Position numbers and translations under genes: made by a program. Shown here piece by piece: positions 9,493-19,978 of a stretch of 64,000 bases of DNA; position 1 is the first letter of the stretch; each line of letters begins with the position of its first letter. Source of the DNA: Cenarchaeum sp. (GTDB taxonomy: Archaea > Thermoproteota > Nitrososphaeria > Nitrososphaerales > Nitrosopumilaceae); assembly GCA_963692915.1 (NCBI GenBank), contig OY843584.1, positions 160,001 through 224,000 on the forward strand, given 5' to 3'. The notes under the pieces are model-generated. The model did not search any database, had not been told where the DNA came from, and was given only the letters and a program-made list of their open reading frames with translations.

Positions 9493-10867
9493 TTTTCTCG
9501 ATATAGTCAAGGAACCCTCCAAGGCTGCCCTTTGATATGCGCGCGCCGGCTGCTGCGGCGTGGCCACCGCCCATGCCCTCAAAGCGCTCGGCTGCTGCCC
9601 TCATCATCTCGCTCAGGTTGACATTGCCGCCATAGCCGCGCGCCTTGCGCGAGGAGACCTTTACGCGCCCGCCCTCGGCACCGGCCCGCAGGACTACTAT
9701 CTTGCCGGCGCTAGTCGGCGCGCCGGCGATCACAGATGATATCGTTCCGGTCATCGACTCGGCCACGACGCCCTCGGCGTCGACCATGACGCACGAGGCG
9801 CTCTCTGATGTCCTCCAGCGCTCACTCGATATGCGCTCCATGCAGCCGCGTATCGTCTGGCGGTACTCGGAGAGGGCCTCCTCGGCCTCGGCGACCATCT
9901 TTGTGCGGTCCCCCATGCAGAGGGCCATGCCGGTTCCGGCCTTGCCTATGCGCCCGCACGAGTTGAGCACGGTGGCAAACTCCCGCGCGTCGCGCAGGAG
10001 GCCCTTTGCGCCCTCGCCTGAGAGCGTGTACGCGCTGCCGACGAGCTCGGCCCTGATCGCCTCGGCGTCAGCACCCTGCGCGTGGGCCGCAATGCCGTCA
10101 ACCAGGCTGGACTTTTCATCCTCGGAGAGCTCGGAGGCCACGCGCCACCGTCCACCGTCCCTGGCCTCGATGCCGGCTGCCCTGATTAGCTCGGCGCACG
10201 CGTCATGGTTCCACGTCAGGCCCTCTATGAACGGCCTCGTCGTGAACGCAAGCGCGTCGGCTAGCGCGCGCGTCTCCCTGCCGGCAAGCAACAGGTCGGC
10301 GCGCACCTCGAGAAGCTTTAGCTCCTCGGCCTTTGCCGCTATCTCGGCGTTGCGCCCGACGAGTGTGCGCCCCTTGCCCTGATCCTGCCTGTCACCGAGT
10401 GCGGCGACGACGGCGACTGGCGAGAGGTCAACATTGCGGCTGTCAAGGGCCACTGCGGCAAGGTATGCCATGCCGCCTGAGCATATCTCGTCCCCGCCGT
10501 CGATGCCGTACTTCCACGAGTTTATGACGCGCTCGTTGTCAAGCTCGGCGTCACGAACCTGGTGGTGATCCAGGATGAACCAGTTCTCGCCGACTGCGGC
10601 GTCAAGCTCGGAGGCCATTGCGCCGCCGACATCCATGACGATGTGAAGCGCGTCAGGTGCGAGCTCCCTTGCGTGACTGGCGCCAAACTCCTTTACTGCC
10701 CTTGCGCCACACCGCGCACCTGCCCTTATTGCGGCCTTTGCTATTATGCCGCCGGCGGCGAGCCCGTCACAGTCCATGTGCGTCGTTATCGAGATTGGCC
10801 TGCCGTCCCTGGCGCACTCGGACACCCTGGACGAAAAGAGCGACAGTGACTCGGCTAGGCTGGCCAT
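9455..10867 (-). CDS. DHH/DHHA1 phosphoesterase (RecJ-like)
   Basis: HMDCDG, ILDHH, GDRQD, GGGHAAAAG. Confidence 0.9.
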   Translation of the reverse strand: MASLAESLSLFSSRVSECARDGRPISITTHMDCDGLAAGGIIAKAAIRAGARCGARAVKEFGASHARELAPDALHIVMDVGGAMASELDAAVGENWFILDHHQVRDAELDNERVINSWKYGIDGGDEICSGGMAYLAAVALDSRNVDLSPVAVVAALGDRQDQGKGRTLVGRNAEIAAKAEELKLLEVRADLLLAGRETRALADALAFTTRPFIEGLTWNHDACAELIRAAGIEARDGGRWRVASELSEDEKSSLVDGIAAHAQGADAEAIRAELVGSAYTLSGEGAKGLLRDAREFATVLNSCGRIGKAGTGMALCMGDRTKMVAEAEEALSEYRQTIRGCMERISSERWRTSESASCVMVDAEGVVAESMTGTISSVIAGAPTSAGKIVVLRAGAEGGRVKVSSRKARGYGGNVNLSEMMRAAAERFEGMGGGHAAAAGARISKGSLGGFLDYIEKNVSGVQGADSHN

Positions 10868-11310
10868 CACTCTAGCTGCGCAATGACGGACTTGTACTTC
10901 CACTTTTTTGGTATCCGCCCGATGCGCTTGTAGTATGTTGAGAGGCGGTGAACCTTTGCCTCTATGAGCTCCAGTGATCGCACGTTGCGCCTGTCGCCCT
11001 TGTGGACCTTTAGGTGCTTTTGGAGGCCGATCGCGGTCTTCACGATGCTTGCGAGATCCTCGGGCATCTCGGGCAGCATGTCATGGGCCGCGAGCGTCTC
11101 AGTCACGGTCCGGCCGGTGACTGGCTTTGCGAGCGGAATTGCGTGCTGGTCTCGCAGCCTCACGCCGATCTGGCTGGCCGTCATGCCGTCCTTTGCGTAC
11201 CTGACTATGGCCTCCTCGACCTCCTCCTTGTTGGCGTACTCGGGAGCCGTGGGATTGACGGGGCGAATCGAGTGGGCCTTGCCGTGGCGGTGCGAGTGTA
11301 TGCGTCCCAT
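10867..11310 (-). CDS. rps15: 30S ribosomal protein S15 (uS15)
   Basis: MGRIHSHRHGKAHS, SQIGVRLRDQH, HRLSTYYK. Confidence 0.96.
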   Translation of the reverse strand: MGRIHSHRHGKAHSIRPVNPTAPEYANKEEVEEAIVRYAKDGMTASQIGVRLRDQHAIPLAKPVTGRTVTETLAAHDMLPEMPEDLASIVKTAIGLQKHLKVHKGDRRNVRSLELIEAKVHRLSTYYKRIGRIPKKWKYKSVIAQLE

Positions 11311-11432
11311 GCAGGGGGGAGCGTCATATGGTTTGGAATTAAACGTTGCCTACCCCCTGTGGGCCCCTCACGCCTGCGTGCGAGCGCGTGAACCAGGATA
11401 AGATTAAATATAACATGGTGGAGCGTGCTGCC

Positions 11433-11762
11433 ATGAACAGGCACGTCATGGCGGGCGCCCTCGGCGCTATCGTGGCACTCGGATCGCTCGGTCTGGCCGT
11501 AGACGCATTTGCCCAGTACATGGGTAACACTGGCGGCGGCGGCGAGACTGGCAAGTATACTCTCGAGGAGGCACTGGCACTACAGGCCGCACGCGTGAAC
11601 TATGCCCAGGACAATCCTGGTTCCGGCTCTGGCACGCCGTATCTGAGCGCTGACAGCGTTGTCGGCGCTTCGATAATCTCGGCTGCCGTATTTGGCGGAA
11701 TCGCGGCGACCTTCTTCATTAGGGCACGTTCTGGCAAGTATGCTGCAATGGGCAGGGGCTAG
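11433..11762 (+). CDS. Thaumarchaeal membrane protein, probable AMO accessory subunit AmoZ
   Basis: Signal peptide (AFA-Q), short helical soluble part, C-terminal TM helix; lies between rps15 and amoX; TATA-like TTAAATATAA at 11404. Confidence 0.55.
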   Translation: MNRHVMAGALGAIVALGSLGLAVDAFAQYMGNTGGGGETGKYTLEEALALQAARVNYAQDNPGSGSGTPYLSADSVVGASIISAAVFGGIAATFFIRARSGKYAAMGRG

Positions 11763-11925
11763 ACTCCACCCATATCTCCCCTATTTTAGACGACTCTGAG
11801 CCTTGGCTGCGTGCGCACCCAGTGGGCACGCCTGGGGCGATCCACGGACTCCGGGCCGGTGTCGACTGCCCCCACGCCTGAGGCCGGGGAAATCTATATA
11901 ATGTAGCCCCCTGCCCGCTCTGCCA

Positions 11926-12195
11926 ATGATACCGATAGTGGGTACGGTTCTGAGCGTCCTGTCGGCGCTTACGGGTCAGCTAGGCCCCAACTACGATCCC
12001 CTGTTCTATGACGTCATGGTCTACATCTTTGGCACCATCATGTTCACGGTCTTCCTCCTTGGAGTGATCGCGTACTGGCTGCGTGTCCACGGTTGGGCAT
12101 ACAAGGACAACCGCGAAAGGTGGGTCGACGAGCTTGACAGGCACTTTGAAAAAGAGGGCATCGGCCTCATTCCAGACAACGGCAAGTACTGGTAA
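11926..12195 (+). CDS. Small membrane protein, candidate AMO accessory subunit AmoY
   Basis: One clear TM helix, TATA upstream, adjacent to AmoZ candidate; assignment rests on position only. Confidence 0.4.
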   Translation: MIPIVGTVLSVLSALTGQLGPNYDPLFYDVMVYIFGTIMFTVFLLGVIAYWLRVHGWAYKDNRERWVDELDRHFEKEGIGLIPDNGKYW

Positions 12196-12805
12196 GGCTA
12201 CCTCCTCTCTATTTTTGTCACTTGGCTGCGGATCGTGCGCACGTCGCACTCCGTGCTATGGGGCTTTTGCCGTGACTCCTTCCATGGCCTGCTGGCAGCA
12301 CCCCTGATCATGCTCTGCGTGACCATTGCCTCGCAGCATGGCGTGTGGGTGACGGCGCGCTTGCGGCCACCTGCTACAGGATCCTGTATGACTCGTGCAG
12401 TTGAGCGATGTATTACTGCATGCAACGGCGCATGATCTTACGTGGACTAATGCCAATTGGTTCACATCACAAAGTTGTGCATCATGAAAAGATTCCCTGC
12501 ATCACTGCCCGTGACGCCGCGCCGGGCGGCCAACACTGGACGACACAACACATGGCACGTGTCGCCATGCGACTGCGTTGATCCTTTGTTACTTGCCAGT
12601 GTCGTCAAACACGACGTGTTGCGCAACACACAATGATTCCTGCTGATCGGGATAATCATTGAACTGCCGATATCATCATGCATTATTCCAGTGCGCTAAA
12701 GGCGCAATGGTTTACTGTTTACTAGACAATTGCAAACCAATGCGCAACAACACTGCCAAATGCAATGTGCCTATGAACCATGTGCCGTGTGTCACTGACA
12801 GACTG

Positions 12806-13318
12806 TTACTCTCTATCTGGAGGCATAAAGTCGTGCTCTTCGGATATGTCATATGCCTTTGACCTAAACTCGGCGACATACGTCCTTCCATCCTCTATTG
12901 GGGTTCCGATAAACCTTGATGACTCTACGCCGTCAACGAGAATCCTCGAGTCAGACTCGAGCATGTCGCGCAGCGGAAACTCCCACACCCACAAAAAGTG
13001 CCCAATCTCAAACGGGTACGCCTCCTCCCATGACCCATAGATCGTCCCGTCAGACGTGAGCGTGTAGAGCGACCTCTGGCAGCCGCCCTCCTCAAACCCG
13101 ATGTTGGCCGGAATCTCGGCGCGCTTGCCGTCGACATAGAGCTCAAGGGATGCGCTAACGGTGTATGGCGTCACCCGCTCGTTTATGCAGATCTTTAGCG
13201 GATCATTAGCAGAGATCTGCGAGAGGACGAGGCTACTTCCGACGCCAACGGATATGCCAATGCCTGCGGTGATCATCAAGAATATGAGCGTCTTGCGCCG
13301 CTTTGTGGGATCGCCCAT
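12806..13318 (-). CDS. Thaumarchaeal membrane-anchored hypothetical protein
   Basis: Basic N-terminus + TM helix, IPANIG motif; amo neighbourhood. Confidence 0.65.
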   Translation of the reverse strand: MGDPTKRRKTLIFLMITAGIGISVGVGSSLVLSQISANDPLKICINERVTPYTVSASLELYVDGKRAEIPANIGFEEGGCQRSLYTLTSDGTIYGSWEEAYPFEIGHFLWVWEFPLRDMLESDSRILVDGVESSRFIGTPIEDGRTYVAEFRSKAYDISEEHDFMPPDRE

Positions 13319-13566
13319 TCCCGGCCAGAACATGGAATCCGCAGCACATGGCGTTTTACTTAAATCTGCTTGCCAAACGCCTCGCACGCGCGGCCTCCTG
13401 CCCTGCCTCGGGATTCCCAGAGTCCTGATCGCATGGTTCGGTTCTGCCCCGATCGGCCCCCTTGGCGCAGCGTCGACCCCGATGGACCCTGATGGCCAAT
13501 TCGTGCCTACGCGTATGCGCAGAATCAAGAAAGGCTTAAAAGGCTCTGATATTCGCGAGGGACACG

Positions 13567-13929
13567 ATGACTCTTCCAAAAGGGTTCGGCTCCGCCGGCG
13601 GCGGGGGTGCTGGTGCGGCAGATGTAGAGAAGATGATCGGCAGGCGTGTGGAGAACATGACTGGCATCATCACGATCTCCTACATTGCAGCCTGGCTCGC
13701 CACGTTCGGCGGCACTGCCGCGGGGTACTTTTACTACCCGTGGGCATATCCGACACCTAGCGGCCACTTTGCATTCATAGTGCTGACGATCGTAGAGGCC
13801 ATCGGCTACCTCTTCTCAGTGAAGGTGTGTGAAGAGGGCTCCTCGAAGAACAGCAATGGCATTATTGGTGCCACACTTGCGGCCACCGCGGTCGGAACGC
13901 TGCTCATATCGCTCTACGTCGGAAACTAG
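13567..13929 (+). CDS. amoX: Ammonia monooxygenase subunit X
   Basis: LPKGFG, GYFYYPWAYPTPSGH, hydrophobic helices; upstream of amoA. Confidence 0.88.
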   Translation: MTLPKGFGSAGGGGAGAADVEKMIGRRVENMTGIITISYIAAWLATFGGTAAGYFYYPWAYPTPSGHFAFIVLTIVEAIGYLFSVKVCEEGSSKNSNGIIGATLAATAVGTLLISLYVGN

Positions 13930-14028
13930 GCGGGTATACTGTCTACTATTTTTGCCATCTCGCAGCGTCGGCTGCGATCATGGCCTGCCGGCGTGTCCTG
14001 CGATCAGCGCAGATCGGCGCGCCTACGC

Positions 14029-15120
14029 TGTTTTATACGAAAAGTAGTAGACTCACTCATTCGAGTCCACCTCCATCCACCTCGGGTTCTCCGCCCGGAC
14101 CCGCCCGTCGGCCCTGCGCCTCCTGTAGGCCAGCAGGGGCGTCTCGCCGCCCTTGATGTCCAGGGCGAAGTGGAGGCGCCTCTCGTTGTAGTACGCGATG
14201 AACTCGGGGACCCCGCCAAAGTGGCCGATCTCCGTCTCGAGCGTCTGGAAGAACCTCTCGACCTTGCCGTTGGTCTGGGGGTGGCGGACGCGCGCCATGA
14301 GGTGCGCTATGTCGCGGTCCAGCAGCTCCCGCTCGAAGAGCGTCGGCGTCCAGCTGCGGCTCGGCGTGCCGCGCCGGCTTGCCGTGAACTGCGTGCCGTG
14401 GTCCGAGAGGATCTGCGCCGGCGCGCCAAACATCCTGATCGCCTTTCGCAGCGCAAGCACGGAGTTTTCCGACGTGGCCTCGGCGAACACGCCAAAGCCC
14501 GTGACGCACCGCGACGCGTCGTCGAGGAACACTATGAGGTGCGAGCCCGCAAGTGGCCCGTATTTCATTATGTGCCAGTCCACGTGCCACAGCGCGCCGG
14601 AGTGCGCGCGCTCGAACCTGACCCACTTTCGCCTGCGCGACTTCGCCCGCGACCTCGTGACGAGCCCCTCCGCCAGCATGATGCGGTACACCGACCAGTA
14701 CGTTATTTTTGAGTTGTTGCCGCGCAGCCCCTCGGCCACGCGCACGACGCCGGCCGGCCGGTCGGCGTGCTCGCCGAGGACCTCGGCCACCTCGCCGTCG
14801 GTGACGTCCCTGCGCGGCCTTCCCATCGGCCGCGGCTCCGGCGGCGCGCCGGTGCGCCGGCAGTGCGCGCGAAGCCTGTACGACCACGCCCTGGAGATCC
14901 CCAGCTCGCGCGCCACCTCCTCGGCGCTCCGCGTCGCCAGCGTCCTGGCCACGTACCGGAGCGCCCTGTCGTCAAGCCTCCTGACCGGCATGGCGCGCCG
15001 GCGGCGGAGCCCCCCAAACGTATGTTTCGGCAGCCTGCCGGATCCCGGGGCGCCCCCGGGGCTCCCGGATCTGCGCCCGGCAAGCATTCCTGCCCAGTCT
15101 ACTACTTTTCGTACAAGGCA
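14029..15120 (-). mobile_element. IS481-family insertion sequence, copy 1 (1092 bp), 15-bp target duplication
   Basis: 25-bp imperfect TIRs TGTTTTATACGAAAAGTAGTAGACT / AGTCTACTACTTTTCGTACAAGGCA; TCGGCGCGCCTACGC at 14014-14028 and 15121-15135. Confidence 0.95.
14053..14991 (-). CDS. IS481-family DDE (rve) transposase
   Basis: N-terminal HTH, WHVDW, DDASR, SDHGTQF, PQTNGKVERF, YNERRLH. Confidence 0.93.
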   Translation of the reverse strand: MPVRRLDDRALRYVARTLATRSAEEVARELGISRAWSYRLRAHCRRTGAPPEPRPMGRPRRDVTDGEVAEVLGEHADRPAGVVRVAEGLRGNNSKITYWSVYRIMLAEGLVTRSRAKSRRRKWVRFERAHSGALWHVDWHIMKYGPLAGSHLIVFLDDASRCVTGFGVFAEATSENSVLALRKAIRMFGAPAQILSDHGTQFTASRRGTPSRSWTPTLFERELLDRDIAHLMARVRHPQTNGKVERFFQTLETEIGHFGGVPEFIAYYNERRLHFALDIKGGETPLLAYRRRRADGRVRAENPRWMEVDSNE

Positions 15121-15140
15121 TCGGCGCGCCTACGCCTAAA

Positions 15141-15150
15141 ATTATATATA
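15141..15150 (+). promoter_or_regulatory. Archaeal TATA box of amoA
   Basis: ATTATATATA ~25-30 bp before amoA ATG. Confidence 0.65.
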
Positions 15151-15173
15151 CTAGCCTTCTGGCGAGGGGGGCA

Positions 15174-15824
15174 ATGGTCTGGCTAAGACGCTGTACGCAC
15201 TACCTCTTCATCGTGGTAGTTGCCGTAAACTCCACACTGCTGACAATCAACGCAGGAGACTATATCTTCTACACTGATTGGGCGTGGACGTCGTTCGTGG
15301 TATTCTCGATATCGCAGACGCTCATGCTCGTCGTCGGTGCGGCGTACTACCTGACATTCACTGGAGTGCCGGGAACTGCGACGTACTATGCGCTGATAAT
15401 GACAGTCTACACGTGGATAGCAAAGGGCGCATGGTTTGCCCTCGGCTACCCGTACGACTTCATCGTCACACCGGTATGGCTCCCATCTGCAATGCTGATG
15501 GACCTTGCATACTGGGCGACAAAGAAGAACAAGCACTCGCTGATTCTGTTTGGTGGTGTGTTGGCCGGCATGTCGTTGCCACTGTTCAACATGGTGAACC
15601 TGATAACGGTGGCCGACCCGCTGGAGACTGCGTTCAAGTACCCGCGACCCACACTTCCCCCCTACATGACACCAATAGAACCGCAGGTGGGCAAGTTCTA
15701 CAATAGCCCAGTCGCACTGGGCGCTGGAGCCGGGGCCGTGCTGTCCGTGACTATGGCCGCGTTGGGCTGCAAGCTCAACACGTGGACATATCGCTGGATG
15801 GCCGCCTGGTCGAAATGGGACTGA
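15174..15824 (+). CDS. amoA: Archaeal ammonia monooxygenase subunit A
   Basis: MVWLRRCTHY, AGDYIFYTDWAWTS, WMAAWSKWD; 216 aa. Confidence 0.99.
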   Translation: MVWLRRCTHYLFIVVVAVNSTLLTINAGDYIFYTDWAWTSFVVFSISQTLMLVVGAAYYLTFTGVPGTATYYALIMTVYTWIAKGAWFALGYPYDFIVTPVWLPSAMLMDLAYWATKKNKHSLILFGGVLAGMSLPLFNMVNLITVADPLETAFKYPRPTLPPYMTPIEPQVGKFYNSPVALGAGAGAVLSVTMAALGCKLNTWTYRWMAAWSKWD

Positions 15825-15837
15825 TACGCGTCATACC

Positions 15838-15857
15838 TCCTTTTTCATTTTGATTTC
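15838..15857 (+). terminator. Oligo-T archaeal terminator after amoA
   Basis: T-rich tract TTTTTCATTTTGATTT shortly after stop. Confidence 0.5.
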
Positions 15858-15949
15858 CTAGCGTGCCCTGCGCACGTGCTCAACAAATACTGCGCGCATG
15901 GTGATCTTTTATTGCCCCGCCATACCTTCAAAACGCGCCGAACCATTCT

Positions 15950-16804
15950 GTGTTGGCACAGCAGCACGCGTGTGAGGCGGCCGGACCCTTCGTAAAGTGG
16001 GCAGGCGGAAAGAGGCAGCTACTCGCCGAGCTGCGCGCCCGTGCACCGCACAAGTTTGGCATGTACTATGAGCCGTTCGTCGGCGGCGGCGCGCTTGCCT
16101 TTGAGATACTCTCGTCCCGTCCAGGCGCGCGCTGCTCGCTCTCTGACCTCAACTCTGATCTTGTCCTGGCGTATGTCACCGTGCGTGACCGCGTCGATGA
16201 CCTTGTCCGCTCACTCCGGCGCCATGCTGACGCGTACGTGCAGGATCCAAAGGCATACTATTACGCGACGCGCGCGGCGACTCCGCGCACGCAGGTGGAA
16301 AAGGCATCGCGCCTCTTGTTCCTCAACCGCACGTGCTTTAACGGCCTGTATAGGGTCAACTCTAGCGGCAAGTTCAATGTCCCGATGGGCGGATACGACA
16401 ACCCCAATATTGTCAACGAGGCTGCGCTGCGTGCCGCAAGCCGCACACTGGCCTCGGGCAACGTCTCGATCCAGTGCGCCGACTTTGGCGCGGTTCTACG
16501 CACGGCAAAACGCGGGGACTTTGTCTACTTTGATCCGCCATACCAGCCGGTGAGCCGCACGGCCGCATTCACAAGCTACACCAGCGCGTGCTTTGGGGAG
16601 CGCGACCTGGAGCGCCTCGCCGGTGCGTGCGAGGAGCTTGCCGACCGTGGGTGCCACGTGCTCGTCTCCAACTCGGACACAGGCGAGGTTCGATCCGTGT
16701 TTGGCCACGGATGGAGCGTCGATGAGATCGGCGCGTACCGCCGGATCAACTCGGATGGCGCGCGAAGGTCTGGCCACACGGAACTGCTGATCAGGAACTA
16801 TTGA
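15950..16804 (+). CDS. dam: Dam-type DNA adenine methyltransferase
   Basis: KWAGGK, EPFVGGG, FNGLYRVN, FDPPY. Confidence 0.9.
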   Translation: MLAQQHACEAAGPFVKWAGGKRQLLAELRARAPHKFGMYYEPFVGGGALAFEILSSRPGARCSLSDLNSDLVLAYVTVRDRVDDLVRSLRRHADAYVQDPKAYYYATRAATPRTQVEKASRLLFLNRTCFNGLYRVNSSGKFNVPMGGYDNPNIVNEAALRAASRTLASGNVSIQCADFGAVLRTAKRGDFVYFDPPYQPVSRTAAFTSYTSACFGERDLERLAGACEELADRGCHVLVSNSDTGEVRSVFGHGWSVDEIGAYRRINSDGARRSGHTELLIRNY

Positions 16805-16806
16805 AG

Positions 16807-16880
16807 AGCTCCGAGTGGGATCCGAACCCACGACCTTTACCTTACCAAGGTAACGCTCTACCAGGCTGAGCTATCGGAGC
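16807..16880 (-). tRNA. tRNA-Thr(GGT)
   Basis: Cloverleaf GCTCCGA/TCGGAGC, anticodon arm TTACC-TTGGTAA-GGTAA, T-loop GTTCG. Confidence 0.95.
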
Positions 16881-17037
16881 GCTCGAGCCCGCGCGCGCTG
16901 CAATCCTTATAATCCTTAGTCGACCACGCAAGGTCGGCCCTGATCGGGGGCTTGTGCCGCGTCGTGCGCAGACCGGCGCATGGCGGCCCGATGCCCCTAA
17001 AGTTTAATATATCTACAACCTAGCGCGTGCGCTAGAA

Positions 17038-19164
17038 ATGAACACGCGCGTCCGGCGCATCTTTGATGAGACGATACAGACCGACCACAAGGTGATAACC
17101 GAGGATGTCTCAAAGTCGATTCTGCGCTCATATGGCATCAAGGTTCCGCGCCACACGCTTGCGACCACACCCGAGGAGGCCGTGCGCGCCGCGCGCTCAA
17201 TCGGCTTCCCGCTCGTGATGAAGGTCGTCTCGCCGCAGATACTCCACAAGACTGACATTGGCGGGGTAAAGGTCGGCATCAGCAGCGCCGCTGAGGCCAA
17301 AAAGGCCTTTGGCGAGATGATGCGCAACGCGCGCCGCGTCAAGGGCGCCGAGATCAAGGGCATACTCCTCGAGCAGATGGCCGGCAAGGGCGTCGAGCTC
17401 ATAGTTGGCCTGCAGAACGACCCGCAGTTTGGCCCCGTTATCATGGTCGGCATGGGCGGCGTCATGACCGAGGTGATCAAGGACGTCGCGTTTCGTATGC
17501 TGCCAATCACGGCCAAGGACGTCAGGTCGATGATCTCGGAGCTAAAGGGCTCAAAGCTCCTGCAGGGATTTCGCGGCTCTGCGCGCGTTGACATGGCAAT
17601 GCTCACAAAGGCCCTCCTTGCAATAGGCCGCCTCGGAGTCGAGAACGCGTCGCACTTTGAGAGCATTGACTTTAACCCCGTCATCGTGCAGCCGCGCTCG
17701 TACTCGGTCGTCGACGCAAAGATAATCCTGCGCAAGAGCCCTGATCCTGATGCGATCTCGCGCGCCAGGCCCGACTCGTCGCACATGGAGACGTTCTTTA
17801 CGCCAAGGTCAATAGCGCTAGTCGGCGCGTCGGCCACAAAGGGCAAGATAGGCAACTCTGTACTTGACAGCCTCACGCGCCATGACTACAAGGGCAAGGT
17901 GTACCCGATCAACCCAAAAAAGGCGAGCATCCTCGGGACAAAGTGTTATCCGTCAATATCGGCAATACCTGGCAAGGTTGACCTAGTTGTGGTCTGCGTC
18001 GACCTGTCAGTGACGCCGCCGATACTCGAAGAGTGCGCCAAAAAGGGAATCCACAGCGTCGTTATCGTGTCTGGCGGCGGCAAGGAGCTCGGCGGCGAGC
18101 GGGCCGAGTACGAGGCCGAGATAAAGCGCCTCTCACAGGAGCACAAGATTCGCATAATAGGGCCCAACTGCATTGGCATGTTCAACGCCGCAAACAGGCT
18201 AGACTGCGCGTTTCAGGGGCAGGCGCGGATGGTTCGCGCGCGCCTGGGTCCGGTCGCTCTCCTCTCGCAGAGCGGGACGATGGGCATCAGCTTTCTGGAG
18301 ACTGCTGACACGTTTGGCCTCTCAAAGATGGTCAGCTATGGCAACAGGTCTGATGTTGATGAGGCTGACATGATATGGTACCTTGCCGATGACGCGCAGA
18401 CCAAGGTCATTGCGCTATATGTCGAGGGCTTTGGCGACGGGCGCAAGTTCATCGAGACTGCAAAGCGTGTCATGCGCGACAAGAAAAAGCCCGTCGTGAT
18501 CTGGAAGAGCGGGCGCACGGAGATGGGCGCAAAGCAGGCCGCCTCGCACACGGGCTCACTCGGCGGCTCCAATGCGATAATAATGGGCGCGCTGCGCCAG
18601 GCCGGAATCATATCAGTCGACAGCTATCAGGAGCTCGCCGCAGTCACAAAGGCCCTGGCGTGGCAGCCTGCGGCGGCCGGTGGTGCGGCTGCGCTCACGA
18701 GCAACGGTGCAGGCCCGATGATCGGCGCAATGGACCACTTTGAGCGCCTCGGCATATCTCTTGCCAAGATATCGCCGAGGAGCCTAAAGTCGATGGTTGC
18801 ACACTTTCCAAAGACGTATGTCATCGGCAAGGGCAACCCCGTGGACGTCACGGGCGGCGCGACGGCTGAGGACTATCAGTATGTCATAAAGACGTTCATG
18901 GCCGATCCGGCAGTGGACATTGTCATGCCGTGGTTTGTCTTCCAGGACGACCCGCTCGATGAGGTCATCATAAAATACCTCGCCGAGTTCTCCAGGAGGC
19001 GCAAAAAGCCGATCCTCGTGGGCGGCAACGGCGGCCCCTACACGGCGCGCGTCTCGGCGATGATAGAGGCCAACAAGATACCAGTCTATGATGACCTGCG
19101 CGACTGGGTTGCGGCCGCCTCGGCCCTGGCCCAGTGGGGCGCACGCGGGGGCCGCAAGAGATGA
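17038..19164 (+). CDS. ADP-forming acyl-CoA synthetase (probable 3-hydroxypropionyl-CoA synthetase, 3HP/4HB cycle)
   Basis: ATP-grasp HKTDIGGV, CoA-binding VGASA, GPNCIG, SHTGSL; next to crotonase as in Nitrosopumilus. Confidence 0.85.
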   Translation: MNTRVRRIFDETIQTDHKVITEDVSKSILRSYGIKVPRHTLATTPEEAVRAARSIGFPLVMKVVSPQILHKTDIGGVKVGISSAAEAKKAFGEMMRNARRVKGAEIKGILLEQMAGKGVELIVGLQNDPQFGPVIMVGMGGVMTEVIKDVAFRMLPITAKDVRSMISELKGSKLLQGFRGSARVDMAMLTKALLAIGRLGVENASHFESIDFNPVIVQPRSYSVVDAKIILRKSPDPDAISRARPDSSHMETFFTPRSIALVGASATKGKIGNSVLDSLTRHDYKGKVYPINPKKASILGTKCYPSISAIPGKVDLVVVCVDLSVTPPILEECAKKGIHSVVIVSGGGKELGGERAEYEAEIKRLSQEHKIRIIGPNCIGMFNAANRLDCAFQGQARMVRARLGPVALLSQSGTMGISFLETADTFGLSKMVSYGNRSDVDEADMIWYLADDAQTKVIALYVEGFGDGRKFIETAKRVMRDKKKPVVIWKSGRTEMGAKQAASHTGSLGGSNAIIMGALRQAGIISVDSYQELAAVTKALAWQPAAAGGAAALTSNGAGPMIGAMDHFERLGISLAKISPRSLKSMVAHFPKTYVIGKGNPVDVTGGATAEDYQYVIKTFMADPAVDIVMPWFVFQDDPLDEVIIKYLAEFSRRRKKPILVGGNGGPYTARVSAMIEANKIPVYDDLRDWVAAASALAQWGARGGRKR

Positions 19165-19198
19165 CATTTATGGCAGCATACGGGAGCCCTGGCACATA

Positions 19199-19960
19199 AT
19201 GGCGCTCGTAGAGCACTCGACATCCGAGTCTGTCTGCACGGTAAAGATCAACCGCCCCGACAAGCTCAACGCGATGAACATGGACGTCGCGCGCGAGCTC
19301 ATTCGCACGTTTGAGTCCCTTGCGCACGACGAGAAGGTTCGCGTTATAATCCTGACCGGTGAGGGTGACAGGGCCTTCTCGGCAGGCGCCGATATAGAGT
19401 ACATGTCGCGTATAACGCCTGACGAGTCAGTAGAGTACGCAAAGCTCGGGCAGCTCCTCACGCAGACAGTCGAGCTTGTCCCGCAGCCGACGATAGCGGC
19501 AGTCAACGGGTACGCGCTAGGCGGCGGATGCGAGCTAGCAATGTCATGCGACATACGCATTGCCGCCGAGACTGCAAAGCTCGGGCAGCCCGAGGTCACG
19601 ATAGGCATACCGCCGGGATGGGGCGGCACGCAGAGGCTCATGCGCATTGTCGGAATAGCAAAGGCAAAAGAGCTCGTCTACACGGGCAAGGCCGTAAAGG
19701 CCGAGGAGGCCCGCGAGATGGGCCTCGTCAACAGGGTCGTCCCGCTAGAGTCACTCTCCGAGGAGGCAAATTCAATGGCGCGCGCGATCGCGGCAAACTC
19801 GGATATGGGCGTGCGCATGTCAAAGGTGTCGATAAACACCGGCCGCAACGCCGACCTGGCAACCGGACTGAGCGTCGAGCTGCTCGCGTGGCGCAACTGC
19901 TTTACGCACGAGGACCGCAAGGAGCGCATGACGGCCTTTGTCAACAAGTCAAAACACTAG
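19199..19960 (+). CDS. Enoyl-CoA hydratase (3-hydroxypropionyl-CoA dehydratase/crotonyl-CoA hydratase)
   Basis: [32 protein letters not shown]. Confidence 0.9.
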   Translation: MALVEHSTSESVCTVKINRPDKLNAMNMDVARELIRTFESLAHDEKVRVIILTGEGDRAFSAGADIEYMSRITPDESVEYAKLGQLLTQTVELVPQPTIAAVNGYALGGGCELAMSCDIRIAAETAKLGQPEVTIGIPPGWGGTQRLMRIVGIAKAKELVYTGKAVKAEEAREMGLVNRVVPLESLSEEANSMARAIAANSDMGVRMSKVSINTGRNADLATGLSVELLAWRNCFTHEDRKERMTAFVNKSKH

Positions 19961-19978
19961 GCGCGCGCCGCACCTGCC

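Noticed and set aside
14014-15135. Casposon interpretation of the ~15-bp target duplication
   Set aside because: The element encodes only an rve/DDE transposase, with no Cas1 or polB.
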